The position numbers and the translations under genes were made by a program. DNA of 63,766 bases, filler included, from Hyphochytrium catenoides (Eukaryota > Protista > Hyphochytriomycota), in assembly GCA_900088475.1 (NCBI GenBank). It is 9 parts of 9 records of this genome, joined end to end, with 100 filler letters (N's around TTAATTAATTAA, not from the genome) between each part and the next. Parts side by side here need not be neighbours in the genome. Positions count along the whole stretch, not along the records: positions 1 to 11,850 come from FLMG01004738.1; 8 more parts are not named here. One strand, 5' to 3'. The notes beneath the pieces are model-generated. The model did no database searches and was not told where the DNA came from. It worked only from the letters and a program-made list of their open reading frames with translations. Shown one piece after another: positions 1 to 10,511 of the stretch; positions within the stretch are counted from its first letter, which is position 1, and every line of letters begins with the position of its first letter.

Positions 1-318
1 AGAGAGAGAGCGGATATATATATGAGCATATGAGCATATGAGCATATCCTAGAGAGAGAGGATGACGATCACTAGACCTGAGCATGAAGCGGGGAGAGAG
101 CAAGAAGCGCGACACATCAAAGGAACGTGAAAGCCGAAGCAGGATTTCCCAGCCACAGGCACCACGGTGTCCTATCGTCGATTAGGGCTGAAGGGAGAGA
201 AAGAGAGACGCGAACTTAAGGATAAGCGGAGGAGAAGAAGGTCACGCGACGTAGAAGAGAAAGAGATATCACTGAGAGAAAGTCGATAGCTTCTGTAAGA
301 CGAGACGAACGGAGAGAG

Positions 319-2787
319 ATGAGAATCTCTCATGGCGACTTTGAGACCTTTTTAAAGGACATGTTTGGCTCTCAGGGCGGGAAGCTTGAGAGCGCCACAT
401 CATCGCAACGAGAGAGAGAGAAAGAGAGAGAGAAAGAGAGCTATGCGAAGCTGTACTACGGCTTGGGTCTTTTACATTGTGAGGTCAGAATGGGCGCGAA
501 TGACAAGTACCTTCTCCTCTTCCGCGCCCACACGCCAGAGGCCGAGCCGGGCCCTGCAAGGCTCACAATCAGTTGTCTCCGCCTTGGAGAAGACGCTTCT
601 CCTCTGTGGCAGAGAGATTTGGACGCAACGGGATTCTTGTTGCACGTAGGTCTTGCTGGACACTCCCCTCCTGACGCTCTCGTTCCCTACAGTTCTCTCT
701 CTCTCTCGCTCGCTCTCACTCCCTCGCTCTCTCTCTCTCTCTCTTCTCTCTTTCTTTCTTTTTCTGGCTCTCTCTCTCTGTGTTCCCCTGTCTTCCGGGG
801 TCTCCTCCATTCTCTCTCTCTCTCCTCCTATCTCCTCCCTCTCTTTCTCTTGCTGGCCTGTTGTCTCCGTGGAGCCTGGCTTTTCACAAGGCCCATGCTG
901 TTTCTTTGGCTCTCTCTTTCTCTCTCTTCCCCGTTCTCTTGTCTTCCCCTCTCTTTCCCTCTCCCTTCTCTCTTCTTCTACTATTTTCATTGCTCACTGT
1001 CTGATGGTCCGTCCCCATCTTTGCCCTCCCTAGGTGGACTCTCTGGGGTTAGACTTAGACTTGGAGCAGTTCAGCCAGCTCTTCATGGACGTTCTTCTCT
1101 CTCCTTCGCGGAGCATTCACATAGAAGAAGGAGGCCTAGCCTCCTCGTCTCTTCCTCTCAAGGTGAAGATCAGCTACACTTTTGAGGATACGATAGTTAG
1201 AATAGGTTAGGCCTTTGACTTACAAGGTCATTCTCACATTTATTGTCAGCCTTCTCCTCTTGGCATGATCATGTCTGTCCCTCGCTTTCTCTAGTCTCTC
1301 TCTCTCTCTCTCTCTTTTCTTCCTCTATCTTCTTATCATGCTTTCTCTATTGTTCTCTCTGTCTCTACATCTTGGCCGTCTCTGTCCCTCTCTCTCCCTC
1401 TGCGTGTCTGTGTGTCACCCTCTGCTTTCATGTCTAAGGCTCTCTTCCCCTATGTATGCTAGGTTACCTTTCTCTACTCTCTCTCTCTCGCTCTCTCTTC
1501 ACCCTCCCTCACATACACAATTGCTTTGCCTTTTACCTAGCTTGGCGTCCTCCTTAATTCAACCTCTCTTGAGCCTCACTGCTCTCTCTCTCTCTGTTGC
1601 CCGTGCTTCTGTTTCGCGTAGGTGTGTTGCAGTTACCGATGATACTCACGGAAGTCTCTCCCGCGGCGGTAGAGCTGATGACAGATCTGTCCAGGGCCCT
1701 GCGCCACACTCCGGCCCCGAGCCGTATGCCGTCACTTTCAAGGTTATCCTTGGCTGGGAGAGGCTGTCTCTCGCTGGTCATCCTTCACAGTCTGGACCAT
1801 CTCTCTCTCTCTCTCTCTCTCTTTTCTTCTTTCTTTCTCTGTCGCTCTCTCTCTTTCGCGGCGAAAGTATGTGAGTTCTGTTCTCTTGCTCTGTCTTTGC
1901 ATTTCTTTCCTCCATTTGTGCCATTGACACACAGTCGCGGTCTGCATTCTTACCCTGATCTCCTGTCTTCCGTGTCCAGACAAGGCTCGAGGCAGAGTCA
2001 ATCCTTAGCTGATGGCAGAAACGAGGTGAATAAAGGGAAAGAGAGAGAGATGAAGACAAAGAATGAGGTCACCGTGACGGTGGAGAGAGAGATATGACTC
2101 GATAAAGATGAGAGGAAAGAGAGGGGAAACGTGAACGGCTTGGAAGGAGAAAGCGTGAGACGCCCTCAAGTACTGAGAACTAGCAGTGCTGACATCTCTT
2201 CTTCTTAGTATTCACAGCTGGGAGTACCAGAGGATAGTGCTGGAGAGCAGAGACTCTCTCAAGGTTTATATCTTACCTAGCTACTCTCTCTCTCTCCCTC
2301 TCTCTTTTTCTCTCTCTCTCCAGCTCTCTCTGTCTGTCTGCCTCTCTCTCTCTCCCCTCTCTCGCTTCTGGTCGGTGTCCTCTCTATCATGTCCTCCGAG
2401 TCCGCGTCTTTCAACTCTCTGGCGCTCCAACGCTAATGCCCCATCCTCTCTCTCTCCATAGAAACAACACCTCAGAAAAAGCGGCGCTTAGCCAAGCGGA
2501 AGGGAATTCATGTCGTTGGAGGAGTCAAGAAAAAGTGGGAACGCCATTCCTTCCTTCTCTTTATCTCTCTCTCATTCCTTATCTTAGTGTCTCTCACTCT
2601 CTCAGGCTCTCTCTCACTCGCCGTCTCTCTCTCCGTGTCTGTCCTCTCTGTCTCAGTCTCTCTCTCTGTCTTACACTCTCCCTCTGTCTCAGGCTCTCTC
2701 TCTGTCTCCTTCTCTCTCTGTCTCCTTTTCTCTCTCTCTCTCTCTCTCTCTTCATAATCTAGTCTGGCTGTGAGGGTCGGCAGCTGA
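319..2787 (+). CDS. Spliced XRCC4/XLF/PAXX-superfamily head-domain protein (~269 aa), PAXX-like architecture
   Basis: Seven GT-AG exons with consistent phases: 319-645, 1034-1205, 1622-1742, 1980-2025, 2218-2263, 2462-2534, 2763-2787 (810 nt). Joined product contains KYLLLFRAH..RLTISCL..LWQRDLDATGFLLHVDSLGLDLDLEQFSQLFMDVLLS..KVKISYTFEDTIVRIGVLQLPMILTEVSPAAVELMTDLSRAL, which resembles the XRCC4/PAXX head by eye, then a basic tail KKRRLAKRKGIHVVGGVKK. The start could alternatively be ATG 361 or 490, and the last exon is tentative. Confidence 0.6.
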
Positions 2788-3585
2788 GTAGGTTGACCGA
2801 CCTTTAAAGCATTTTTTGCAACCCTCACTCTGACCGCTTCCTCTCTCGGCTGTCGTTGCTCTTCCTTGCAAGTGCTTCTACCTCCTCCGTCCATTTAGGC
2901 ACTTCCTGCTGTTTCACTGACAGAAGATAGCTTGTCCCTCTCAGCCTTGTTCCCGTCTCTTCTTCGGTCCTTGGGTGCCCAGCATCTTCTCCTTAGGCTT
3001 CTTTCCCATCGTTTCTCCCCATAACTGCACTTGTGAACAGGAGAGGACCAGCGTTGGAGTTTGTTAGCGATGATTAGGAGCAACGGACGCTGGAGCTCGG
3101 ACTATGGAGCTTCTCCATCATTCTTACCCTTTGGGAATCCGTCTCTCTCTCTCTCTCTCTTTCTAGGTCTCTCTCCTTTCTCTCTCGCGTCTCTCTCTCC
3201 TGGCCAGTACTCAGCACAAGAGCCTGAGACGTTGAGGCGTACGGCCATGTCACTGTCCCTGCGATGGATCACCCAGATGACTCAATGGCTACCTTCCCTC
3301 GCTGCCTTTCTCTTTCTATCCTTCCACTCTCTGTCACCGTTTCTGAAGATTGGAAGAGGAGACCAGAAAAGAGAAAAGAACTTCTCACTGCCTGAAGGAG
3401 GCGGGCAAATCCCTGCCAAAGATCCCCTACGAGATTGTCTGCTAGCATAGGATGCAGACGTCAAACGTAGAGAGAGACAGAGAGAGAGAGAAAACTACGG
3501 GCGGGACGATGCGAATGGAGAGACAAAGAAACACTCTATCATTACTTATCCACTTGTCGACGGGCGTTGAACATGGAGAAGGTCT

Positions 3586-4677
3586 CTAAGCTAAGAGGAA
3601 GCCATACAGGCTGAGACAGGCAAGCGCCAGGCCAACAGCAGGAGAGAGAGAAGACGAGGCGCTGCCCGAATCTCCCTCTTTTCCACCTCCATCTGCTCCT
3701 CCTCCTCCTCCGACCCCAGCCATACATGTCGTGTCCACCTTCTCGAGCGACCTATCCTTATTTGCTACGTAAGCAAGAAACTTCTCTTTGCCTGCAAGTG
3801 CCAGATAGTCCTCTATTCTCTCCTTATTCTCTCCCTTGCAGCCGCTGCCGTCATCCACGTAGTCCACAGAGACAACCGTCTTTTCTCCTTCCACGAACTT
3901 TCTGAGGAAGACGAGTCTCTTGTCTCTCTCTTCCTCCGAGCGTTTGTCTTTCTCATTGTAGAAGACGTCCTCCACGCCGATGCCGCTCACTGTCTTGAGG
4001 TAGGAACCGTCGGTGTCATAGCGAAGGATGTTCTCTCCGTTCTGGGGAAAGACCTGAAAGTCCTCCTTCTTCTCTCTCCCTTTCTCTGCAATCTTCTTGA
4101 CAAAGGCTATCATCTGCTTCGCAGTCTCTTCTTCGTTCACGGCCATTGTCTTTTCTCCTGCCTTCTCTATCTCCTCAGGGTTAGCCCAGTACTCATAGGC
4201 GTCAATGATGTCGAGATAGACGCCGTCAAAGCCTGCGCTGATGATCTTGTCAAGGTAGTCAAAGATGATCTCTTGCCACTCTGGCTCCCAGTAGCGCACC
4301 TTATAATTGCCCTTCCACTCTTTGTTCTCCTTTCCTAGCCAAGAAGGAGGAGACTTCTCCCACTCTTTCTTCCAATAATAGCGGTATGTCTCCGCCTCTG
4401 CGATGCTAAGATAGGAGAGAACAGTCTTGAAGTCTGACTTGAGGTCTTCGACAGAGGAAGAGCGCAATGCACTCCTCTCCGTTCCGTCTAGAGAGTAGTC
4501 GGTCACGAGATATTTGAGTCTGAGAGAGGAAGTTGGCGCGGAAGAGACTTTGCTCAGTGAGCCCATCTGCAGAAGGTAGATCCATGATCTCTCGGCTGTC
4601 TCGGCAGCAGAGAGCAAGCATGGGAGAGAAAGAAGGAAGGCGCTGCTCAGGAGGAGAGAAGAGAGAGAAAGCTTCAT
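3586..4677 (-). CDS. Secreted, GPI-anchored GH114-like (TM1410/MJ1477 family) endo-alpha-1,4-polygalactosaminidase-type hydrolase, 363 aa
   Basis: Intronless ORF with signal peptide MKLSLSSLLLSSAFLLSLPCLLSA. Family motifs YLSIAEAETYRYYW, NKEWKGNYKVRYWEPEWQ, AGFDGVYLDIIDAYEYW, FPQNG, GIGVEDVFY. Ends in a Gly/Ser linker and hydrophobic tail SPAVGLALACLSLYGFLLA. Confidence 0.85.
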   Translation of the reverse strand: MKLSLSSLLLSSAFLLSLPCLLSAAETAERSWIYLLQMGSLSKVSSAPTSSLRLKYLVTDYSLDGTERSALRSSSVEDLKSDFKTVLSYLSIAEAETYRYYWKKEWEKSPPSWLGKENKEWKGNYKVRYWEPEWQEIIFDYLDKIISAGFDGVYLDIIDAYEYWANPEEIEKAGEKTMAVNEEETAKQMIAFVKKIAEKGREKKEDFQVFPQNGENILRYDTDGSYLKTVSGIGVEDVFYNEKDKRSEEERDKRLVFLRKFVEGEKTVVSVDYVDDGSGCKGENKERIEDYLALAGKEKFLAYVANKDRSLEKVDTTCMAGVGGGGGADGGGKEGDSGSASSSLSPAVGLALACLSLYGFLLA

Positions 4678-5349
4678 CCTTGACAGCCCTCCTCTCTTTG
4701 CCTTTCGCGATCGTCTCGCTGTGTGTCTCTCTCTCTCTTGTTCTCTCTCTGTCTTGCACTTCTTCTGGAGGCTCTGGACGGTGTGCGGCGTCTGGAGGAT
4801 AAGCTGGAAAAAAAGAAGAGAAAACACGCGGGTCCTTTGTCTCTTTGGTCTTTCTCTTTCTCTGGTTGCTGATGAGAAAGGGACCATTAAGCCTCAGGCC
4901 GCGAGCTTCTCGAGTTCTGGTGTCTGTCAATGAGGCGAGGCAACAGCCAAAGAGATGAGGAGAAGAGTCACTTCTAAAGAGACAAGAAGGTTATCCAAGA
5001 TGCTCTCTCTCTCTCTTTCAGGAGATCATCTGCATTCAGCGGGACGAGAGAGAAGATGTAGAGGCCGAATCAGAAGTGAGGATGAAAAGCCAGTGAGGAA
5101 TGGGGCCCGCAATGTTTCACAACGCATGGAGACCAAAAGAGTGTGAGAGAGAGTCGTGACAGAAGAGGGAGACAGAAAGAGGGGAAGAGATGACAGGGAG
5201 AAGAACAGAAAGAAGAGGGAGAGAGAAGAGAGAGAGAGAGACTCAGAGAGCGAGAAACCGAGAGAGAGAGACACGAGACAGAGAGAGACTCAGAGAGCGA
5301 GAAACCGAGAGATGGAGACGGAAGAGAGAGAGAGAGAGGAAAGAGAGAG

Positions 5350-5380
<31 letters not shown>

Positions 5381-6834
5381 GAGAGAGAGAGGAGAGAGAG
5401 AGACGAGGCTTCCATTGTCATCAGTCATGATCAGGAAGTCCCAGATTATATTCCGAACCAGCACCAAAAGGTTATGTAAAAGGCGTCATAAGAAGACGTT
5501 TATTTTAAATAAGCTATGCCGGTTGACCCAAGATTGCGGGACTGAGACAAATGAGAAAAATTCTTAGACTCTCTTCTTAGGCAGACCCATAATTCTTCCC
5601 GGGTTAGTTGGACGCCTACCTGCAGTAATAACGCCTGGCGCAACATACATATAGGGTAATATGGTCAAAATGGGGATTACCCGTAATCAATCTTATTGGT
5701 CAGTTTCCAAGAACGACAGATTGAATTCGTCGTCGAACCGATGCAATGATGGCACCATCATCAAGATATAGATTAGTCAGCAGGGCAGCAGCGCCATCAG
5801 CCAGCGCGACCAAAGCAGCGCATCAGCTCCATCAGTAGAGTATCAGCTTATCCTAGCGGAGGATCCGCGCCATCACCCTGCGAGATCCACCTACATCACT
5901 CAGAGCGATCCATCAGCAGCAGCCCAGCAGCAGAGCATCAGCTCCATCATTGTTAGACTTTCTCGTGTTGGCACAAATGCATAACCTTACTCCTAAAAAA
6001 TAACACTTGGAACGACGCACAAGGAAGCACGCGCACCTCCCGGTGTAAAGCATCATTTGTACTTTAGCCTCTCTTCTCAAGTCTAACCCCTTATTACAGA
6101 TGGGCGGTCTCGAGATTACAGGTCTGATTGAGGACGACGACTAGCCGTTGCTGATCCTCGATTGCTTCATTCACAGTCGGAGCACTTCCTGCTATTATTG
6201 TCATCAGATGGACTTTATCCTTTTCGTTCGAGGGTCTTCCGCTGGGCCTCATCTCATTTGCTGTGAGTGGTGATCACTGCCATGATGTCTGAAGTAGACC
6301 GCGCTCTGTCACTCGTGAGCAAGAAATCCACGTTTCTGACATAAGCTGCTGATAGTTACTAGCTCTTACTGAGGAAGAGGCTCTGATGATGGTATCCCGG
6401 CGGATGGACTCCAGTAGTGGCACTAGTATTCTTCATGGCTTCCTTCCTTGCTGATAGTCCGTCACCTCTTCTGCCTCTGCCAGGGCTGCCTACCCCACCT
6501 GTCTCCTCTACTAATGCTTTTCCTGCCTTTCTCTCTAGAGCTGTCTCCCCAGCTGCTACAAATCTCATTTCTCCTGGCCCTTGCCACTGTTGAGGGTTCT
6601 ACCCTCCTCTTCTATCGCTCGCGGCAGATTAGTTGGTGAAGTCTCACAGCCCGTTCCCCAGTAATGGCACGCTGCATCTGCTTCCTCCTTCTGACTCTCC
6701 TGGGGCTGGTGTGACGGTACAGTCCACCCAGATGATGATGATGACGGTGAACGTCGCCCTGCTGCGTGCTTTTTGAAAGGATGATGGTTGCTTCTGCCCC
6801 GTCTCCTCGTCTGCAACTGCCTGCTCCTGCGTGG

Positions 6835-7031
6835 TGATATCTTGGCAACAAGTGCAAGGTCAGACGCTCAAAACACTTCCATCAACAAACTTCAACGCAT
6901 TCTCCTGCTCCATAAAGATGACAAGCAAGAAGAAACGAGGTGGGAATAGATCAAAGGAGCAGGAGAATGCGTTGAAGTTTGTTGATGAAACTGTTTGAGC
7001 GTCTGACCTTGCACTTGTTGCCAAGATATCA
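6835..7031. repeat. Long near-perfect inverted repeat (~76-bp arms, 44-nt loop)
   Basis: 6835-6911 is the reverse complement of 6956-7031 apart from a 1-nt indel and two mismatches. Confidence 0.95.
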
Positions 7032-7326
7032 ATTGGGCAGAAACAATTCATCAATACCATTTGTTGGCCACGGATTTTTCTTTTATGAGTCTTTATTTAT
7101 ATCAACATCTCTCTTATTCCCTCCTGGTTTATACTAACGGTAGATTCCTTACGCTAGTCCTGGAAAGTTTATTTCGCTTTTTATGTGGAAATCATAAAGT
7201 CGATTCAATATTAATTCACCTCCTAGAGTGCTGCTGCAGCCCCTACGAGTACAATAATAGGCGACCTAAGGTATTGTGTTTGATTTGTTTAGAACGACTC
7301 AGCAAAAGATCAAGTCGGATAGGAAA

Positions 7327-7396
7327 AGTGCCACGTCAGATCGCTGTGAGTTGACATCATGCAGCTTTAGAACAGTGCCACGTCGGATCGCTGTGA
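7327..7396. repeat. 23-bp direct repeat pair AGTGCCACGTC(A/G)GATCGCTGTGA
   Basis: Copies at 7327-7349 and 7374-7396 with one mismatch. Confidence 0.85.
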
Positions 7397-7861
7397 TTAG
7401 GTACAGTATCTAGTTCTAAAATAGGCCTCAAGTTCTAGGAGTGCATGCCTTGAAGTAGTTCTAAACGCCTAAATAGTAATAGTAAAGCCTAATGTGATCA
7501 GCTTCAAGGTAGACAGAAACCTAGATTAACAGAGAAAATGATAGGAATCTAGTCCCACAATAATACAGCGTCTCTATGAAGCTTCACTGGTCGAAGAGAC
7601 AGAACAGTCATTTATTACGAGGGCTCAGTCTTTCTTTGTTGAGCCCCAATCAATGCCTTTGAAGGCAGGAGGAGAAGGAGAGACTGAAGAGCATGGAGAC
7701 CCACAAAGGTTCCGCGCGGCTGCTTGGCACATCACATTCTTCGGGCACCTTTTCAATGATGGCGCAAACTTCATCATAAGCCAAAGGTAACACCGGCAGG
7801 CAGGCAGGCAGGCAGGCTCCGTCCATCCTGTTGTCGACATCAATCTTGAATGTTTGTCGGT

Positions 7862-7927
7862 TCAGTATAGTCCATCAAGGCTGAAGATGCACCGTCAGTA
7901 TAGTCCATCAAGGCTGAAGATGCGCCG
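7862..7927. repeat. 33-bp tandem duplication
   Basis: TCAGTATAGTCCATCAAGGCTGAAGATGC(A/G)CCG twice, upstream of the GNAT gene. Confidence 0.9.
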
Positions 7928-8186
7928 ATGAGCGGCAGTGACTTTGTCTTGCTTCTACTAAGTGGTGGTGTCGACGACTGTCTGGCGAGCTGAGTGCTGG
8001 AGGTGCCCACGCCTACCTGAGAAGCGTTCCATCGTCTTAGTGTGTCATTTGTTATTAAGGTACGCCGTCACCACCACTACTCTTACTTCTAGCTAAGTGC
8101 TCGGCGGCACGAAGCGACGGCCCCGCCCGCAGGCAGCGCATTCTATAGTCTTCATACTCTTTGTTGGCTCTCTGCTCGGAGTTGCG

Positions 8187-8690
8187 ATGAGCACCACTGC
8201 CGCCGTTCTCAATGATGGTGCCCAGAAAGAAGAGCTTCAGATATTCGACTATCGACCGGAACATAAAAGTCATTATGAGAGCCTCAACCGCGAGTGGCTT
8301 GAGAAGTACTTTTCTGTTGAGCCGTTGGACATGAAATACTTTGAGGATCCACAAAGAGAGGTCCTCGACAAAGGCGGAGAGATCTTCTTCGCTCGCCTTG
8401 GCAAGAAAGTTGTTGGTACCGGGTCCATACTGGTCACCAACGAGGGAAGAGTCGAGCTATCAAAACTTGCGGTGACAGCTGATGCCCAGGGCCGTGGCAT
8501 CGGGAAAGCCTTAGTGCAAGAGGCGATCTCGCGAGCTCGTGCTCGAGGCGTCAAAAAGCTGACGCTGATCACGAACTCCAACCTCGCGGCAGCAGTTGGG
8601 CTGTATCAGCGCTTGGGATTCCGAGAAACCTTTCGTGGCCAGCACCCATTATACGAACGCGGAGACTTGGAGATGGAACTAGATCTCTGA
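8187..8690 (+). CDS. GNAT-family N-acetyltransferase, bacterial type (167 aa from ATG 8187)
   Basis: Intronless. SLNREWLEKYFSVEPLD, ELSKLAVTADAQGRGIGKAL (acetyl-CoA motif A, QxxGxG), LITNSNLAAAVGLYQRLGF, YERGDLEMEL. The frame stays open for 30 codons upstream and includes a hydrophobic stretch. Confidence 0.9.
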   Translation: MSTTAAVLNDGAQKEELQIFDYRPEHKSHYESLNREWLEKYFSVEPLDMKYFEDPQREVLDKGGEIFFARLGKKVVGTGSILVTNEGRVELSKLAVTADAQGRGIGKALVQEAISRARARGVKKLTLITNSNLAAAVGLYQRLGFRETFRGQHPLYERGDLEMELDL

Positions 8691-8749
8691 AGAATGACGC
8701 CAGTCATCGAGAGGAAAGGAAGTACTTCCCTCGCTTGAGCTCTCAAGGC

Positions 8750-9065
8750 CATGACAAACTCCTTACCTAAGGTATATGGCTATGTGTCACGCTTTGACAG
8801 GGTCTTAAGTATATTAGACAGAAGATGGTGCCCAACCTAACAACAGTAGCAGACTATGACTAACGTCCCTGAGTGAAATAGTGATGACTCTCTTTGTCGT
8901 GCATAATTTCAGGCATGACAACGTAGGATCGCATCCAGAGTAGGAGATTTCATGAGGCTGAGGTGCAAGCTAAAACCGAGGATGTAGTAGCAGGGATCTG
9001 GAGAAGCAGGAAGCAAACGATCTGGGCAGCTCTGCCCTAGTGATCGCCTGGCAGAACCTAACGCT
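8750..9065 (+). pseudogene. Decayed C-terminal remnant of a PIF/Harbinger DDE transposase
   Basis: Broken frames give DRVLSILDRRW (8796-8828; compare ERxFGILKxRW) and EIVMTLFVVHNF (8875-8910; compare IVxACxxLHNF), in the expected order. It lies tail-to-tail with the Myb/SANT gene, an arrangement seen in PIF/Harbinger elements. Confidence 0.55.
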
Positions 9066-9131
9066 AGGGAGCTTTCGAATACATACTCTGTTAACCTTAC
9101 AAACGAGAGAATCTATAGTGTGTCTATATAG

Positions 9132-10511
9132 TCAGATCCCCCTGAAGGCCCCCTCCAACCCTCCTTCGCCCGCCACACTACGAATGTGCATTTTGAGCCA
9201 TAGATCCCGTGGCCTACCAGCAGGGAGGATAACAAAGTGCTGCGCCTTTGCCGGATCAAAGAAAACCTCATAGGCCAAAGCAACTTCTTCGTCTCTCAAA
9301 GACTGATACTCCTCCTGCAATAGCTTGAGGGCTGGTAATGTGCTTTCGCGTCTACTACTTGTGTTGCTGGGGCCAGATGCAGGCGCAAGAGCAGAGCTCA
9401 TGCTCATAGCTAGGCCAGTCAGGGCATTTGCTATAGCAAAAGCTCCATTTGTGTGCTTCTTACTACCTCCTGCAGTCACAGATTCAGGTGGTGCAACGTG
9501 TTGTCTACCGCTTGTAAGTGGCGTAGTGGGCGAGCAACCACCAGTCCTCTTCCTCTTCCCCATAACTCTGCTCGCCGGCCTCTGTTCCACTCCACCTTCT
9601 CTCGTTATGGGAGTTCTTTCGTCCCTGTCAATTCCAGAGCCTGCCGCAGAGCCCGGATCCGGCAACCTCTTTTTAGAAGAGCTGTTCTGTGATGTTGATG
9701 TGGACTCTTCCGGTCCATCTCTTTCGCCGCCGTTAACTGACTCATCTTGCCCACGGAGGGGGGCTGCATCAGACGGTGTGGATCCTGGCAGACATGCACT
9801 ACCTTGGTTTTGGTTTGAGGGCTCCACAAAAGCATCGGAAGGCAATGTCCCATGGAAAAGCTCTTGAAGCATATCCTGATTCTGCAATGACTCCTGGCGG
9901 AATCTGGCTGCCCCAGGGTGGCTCTAGTCAAGATGTAAAGTCAAATATTGTGAGTATCAATGTACCTACTTGGGCTTTGCCAGCGGCGCCGGTACGGCAG
10001 TAAACAGCTACCTTGATGTACTCATTCCATACGTCATTAGAAGCAATCACCATCCTCCTCGGTTCATCCCAACTGAAGTTCGAAGTCTTCCTAAGCTTGG
10101 ACCATATGATATAGTGCTTTCTGAGCTAGACAGCAAAGATGACGGTGGTGGGAGGAGGAAGACTTGAGTGCTTCTATTGGGTCTATGGGGCTGCACATTA
10201 ACTCTTCAGACCTGTGCGTATCGGGACTTCAATTGCTGCACCGTGTAAGAAACCTGAAAGTGCTGGTTAAACCTCTGCCAAGCTTCCTTCCATGCTTGTT
10301 TGTTCAAACCGTGTTCTGCACGTCTGCCTTTACGGACTTGGTCTACCAAGACCTCTAACAAGAAGGTGGTTTTATGCGATGTCCACGCTGCCCTGGTCTC
10401 TGTTATAACGCTCCTATCATCATCACCACTACTGTCGGCGATATCTCCATGGTGCCGCTGCTGGCTGTTGCTCTTTTCTCTGCTGTTATTGTTGCTCCTC
10501 GCTGAAGCCAT
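9132..10511 (-). CDS. Myb/SANT-like DNA-binding protein of the PIF/Harbinger ORF1 type (401 aa, 3 exons)
   Basis: Exons 10511-10212, 10125-10012 and 9923-9132 join in phase 0. Motifs RAAWTSHKTTFLLEVL, GLNKQAW, QLKSRYAQLRKHY, FSWDEPRRMVIASNDVWNEYIKSHPGAARFR, and C-terminal ALKLLQ..AYEVF..AQHFVIL..RDLWL. Confidence 0.85.

Noticed and set aside
20-47. (ATATGAGC)x3 short tandem repeat
   Set aside because: Simple slippage repeat with no supporting context.
5951-6088. Possible solo LTR or MITE (TGTTAGACTT...AAGTCTAACC)
   Set aside because: Only a 9-bp inverted match; the end is not CA and no TSD, PBS or clear PPT is present.
7327-7927. CRISPR-like array
   Set aside because: Only two copies of each repeat, no spacer series, no cas genes, and a eukaryotic context.
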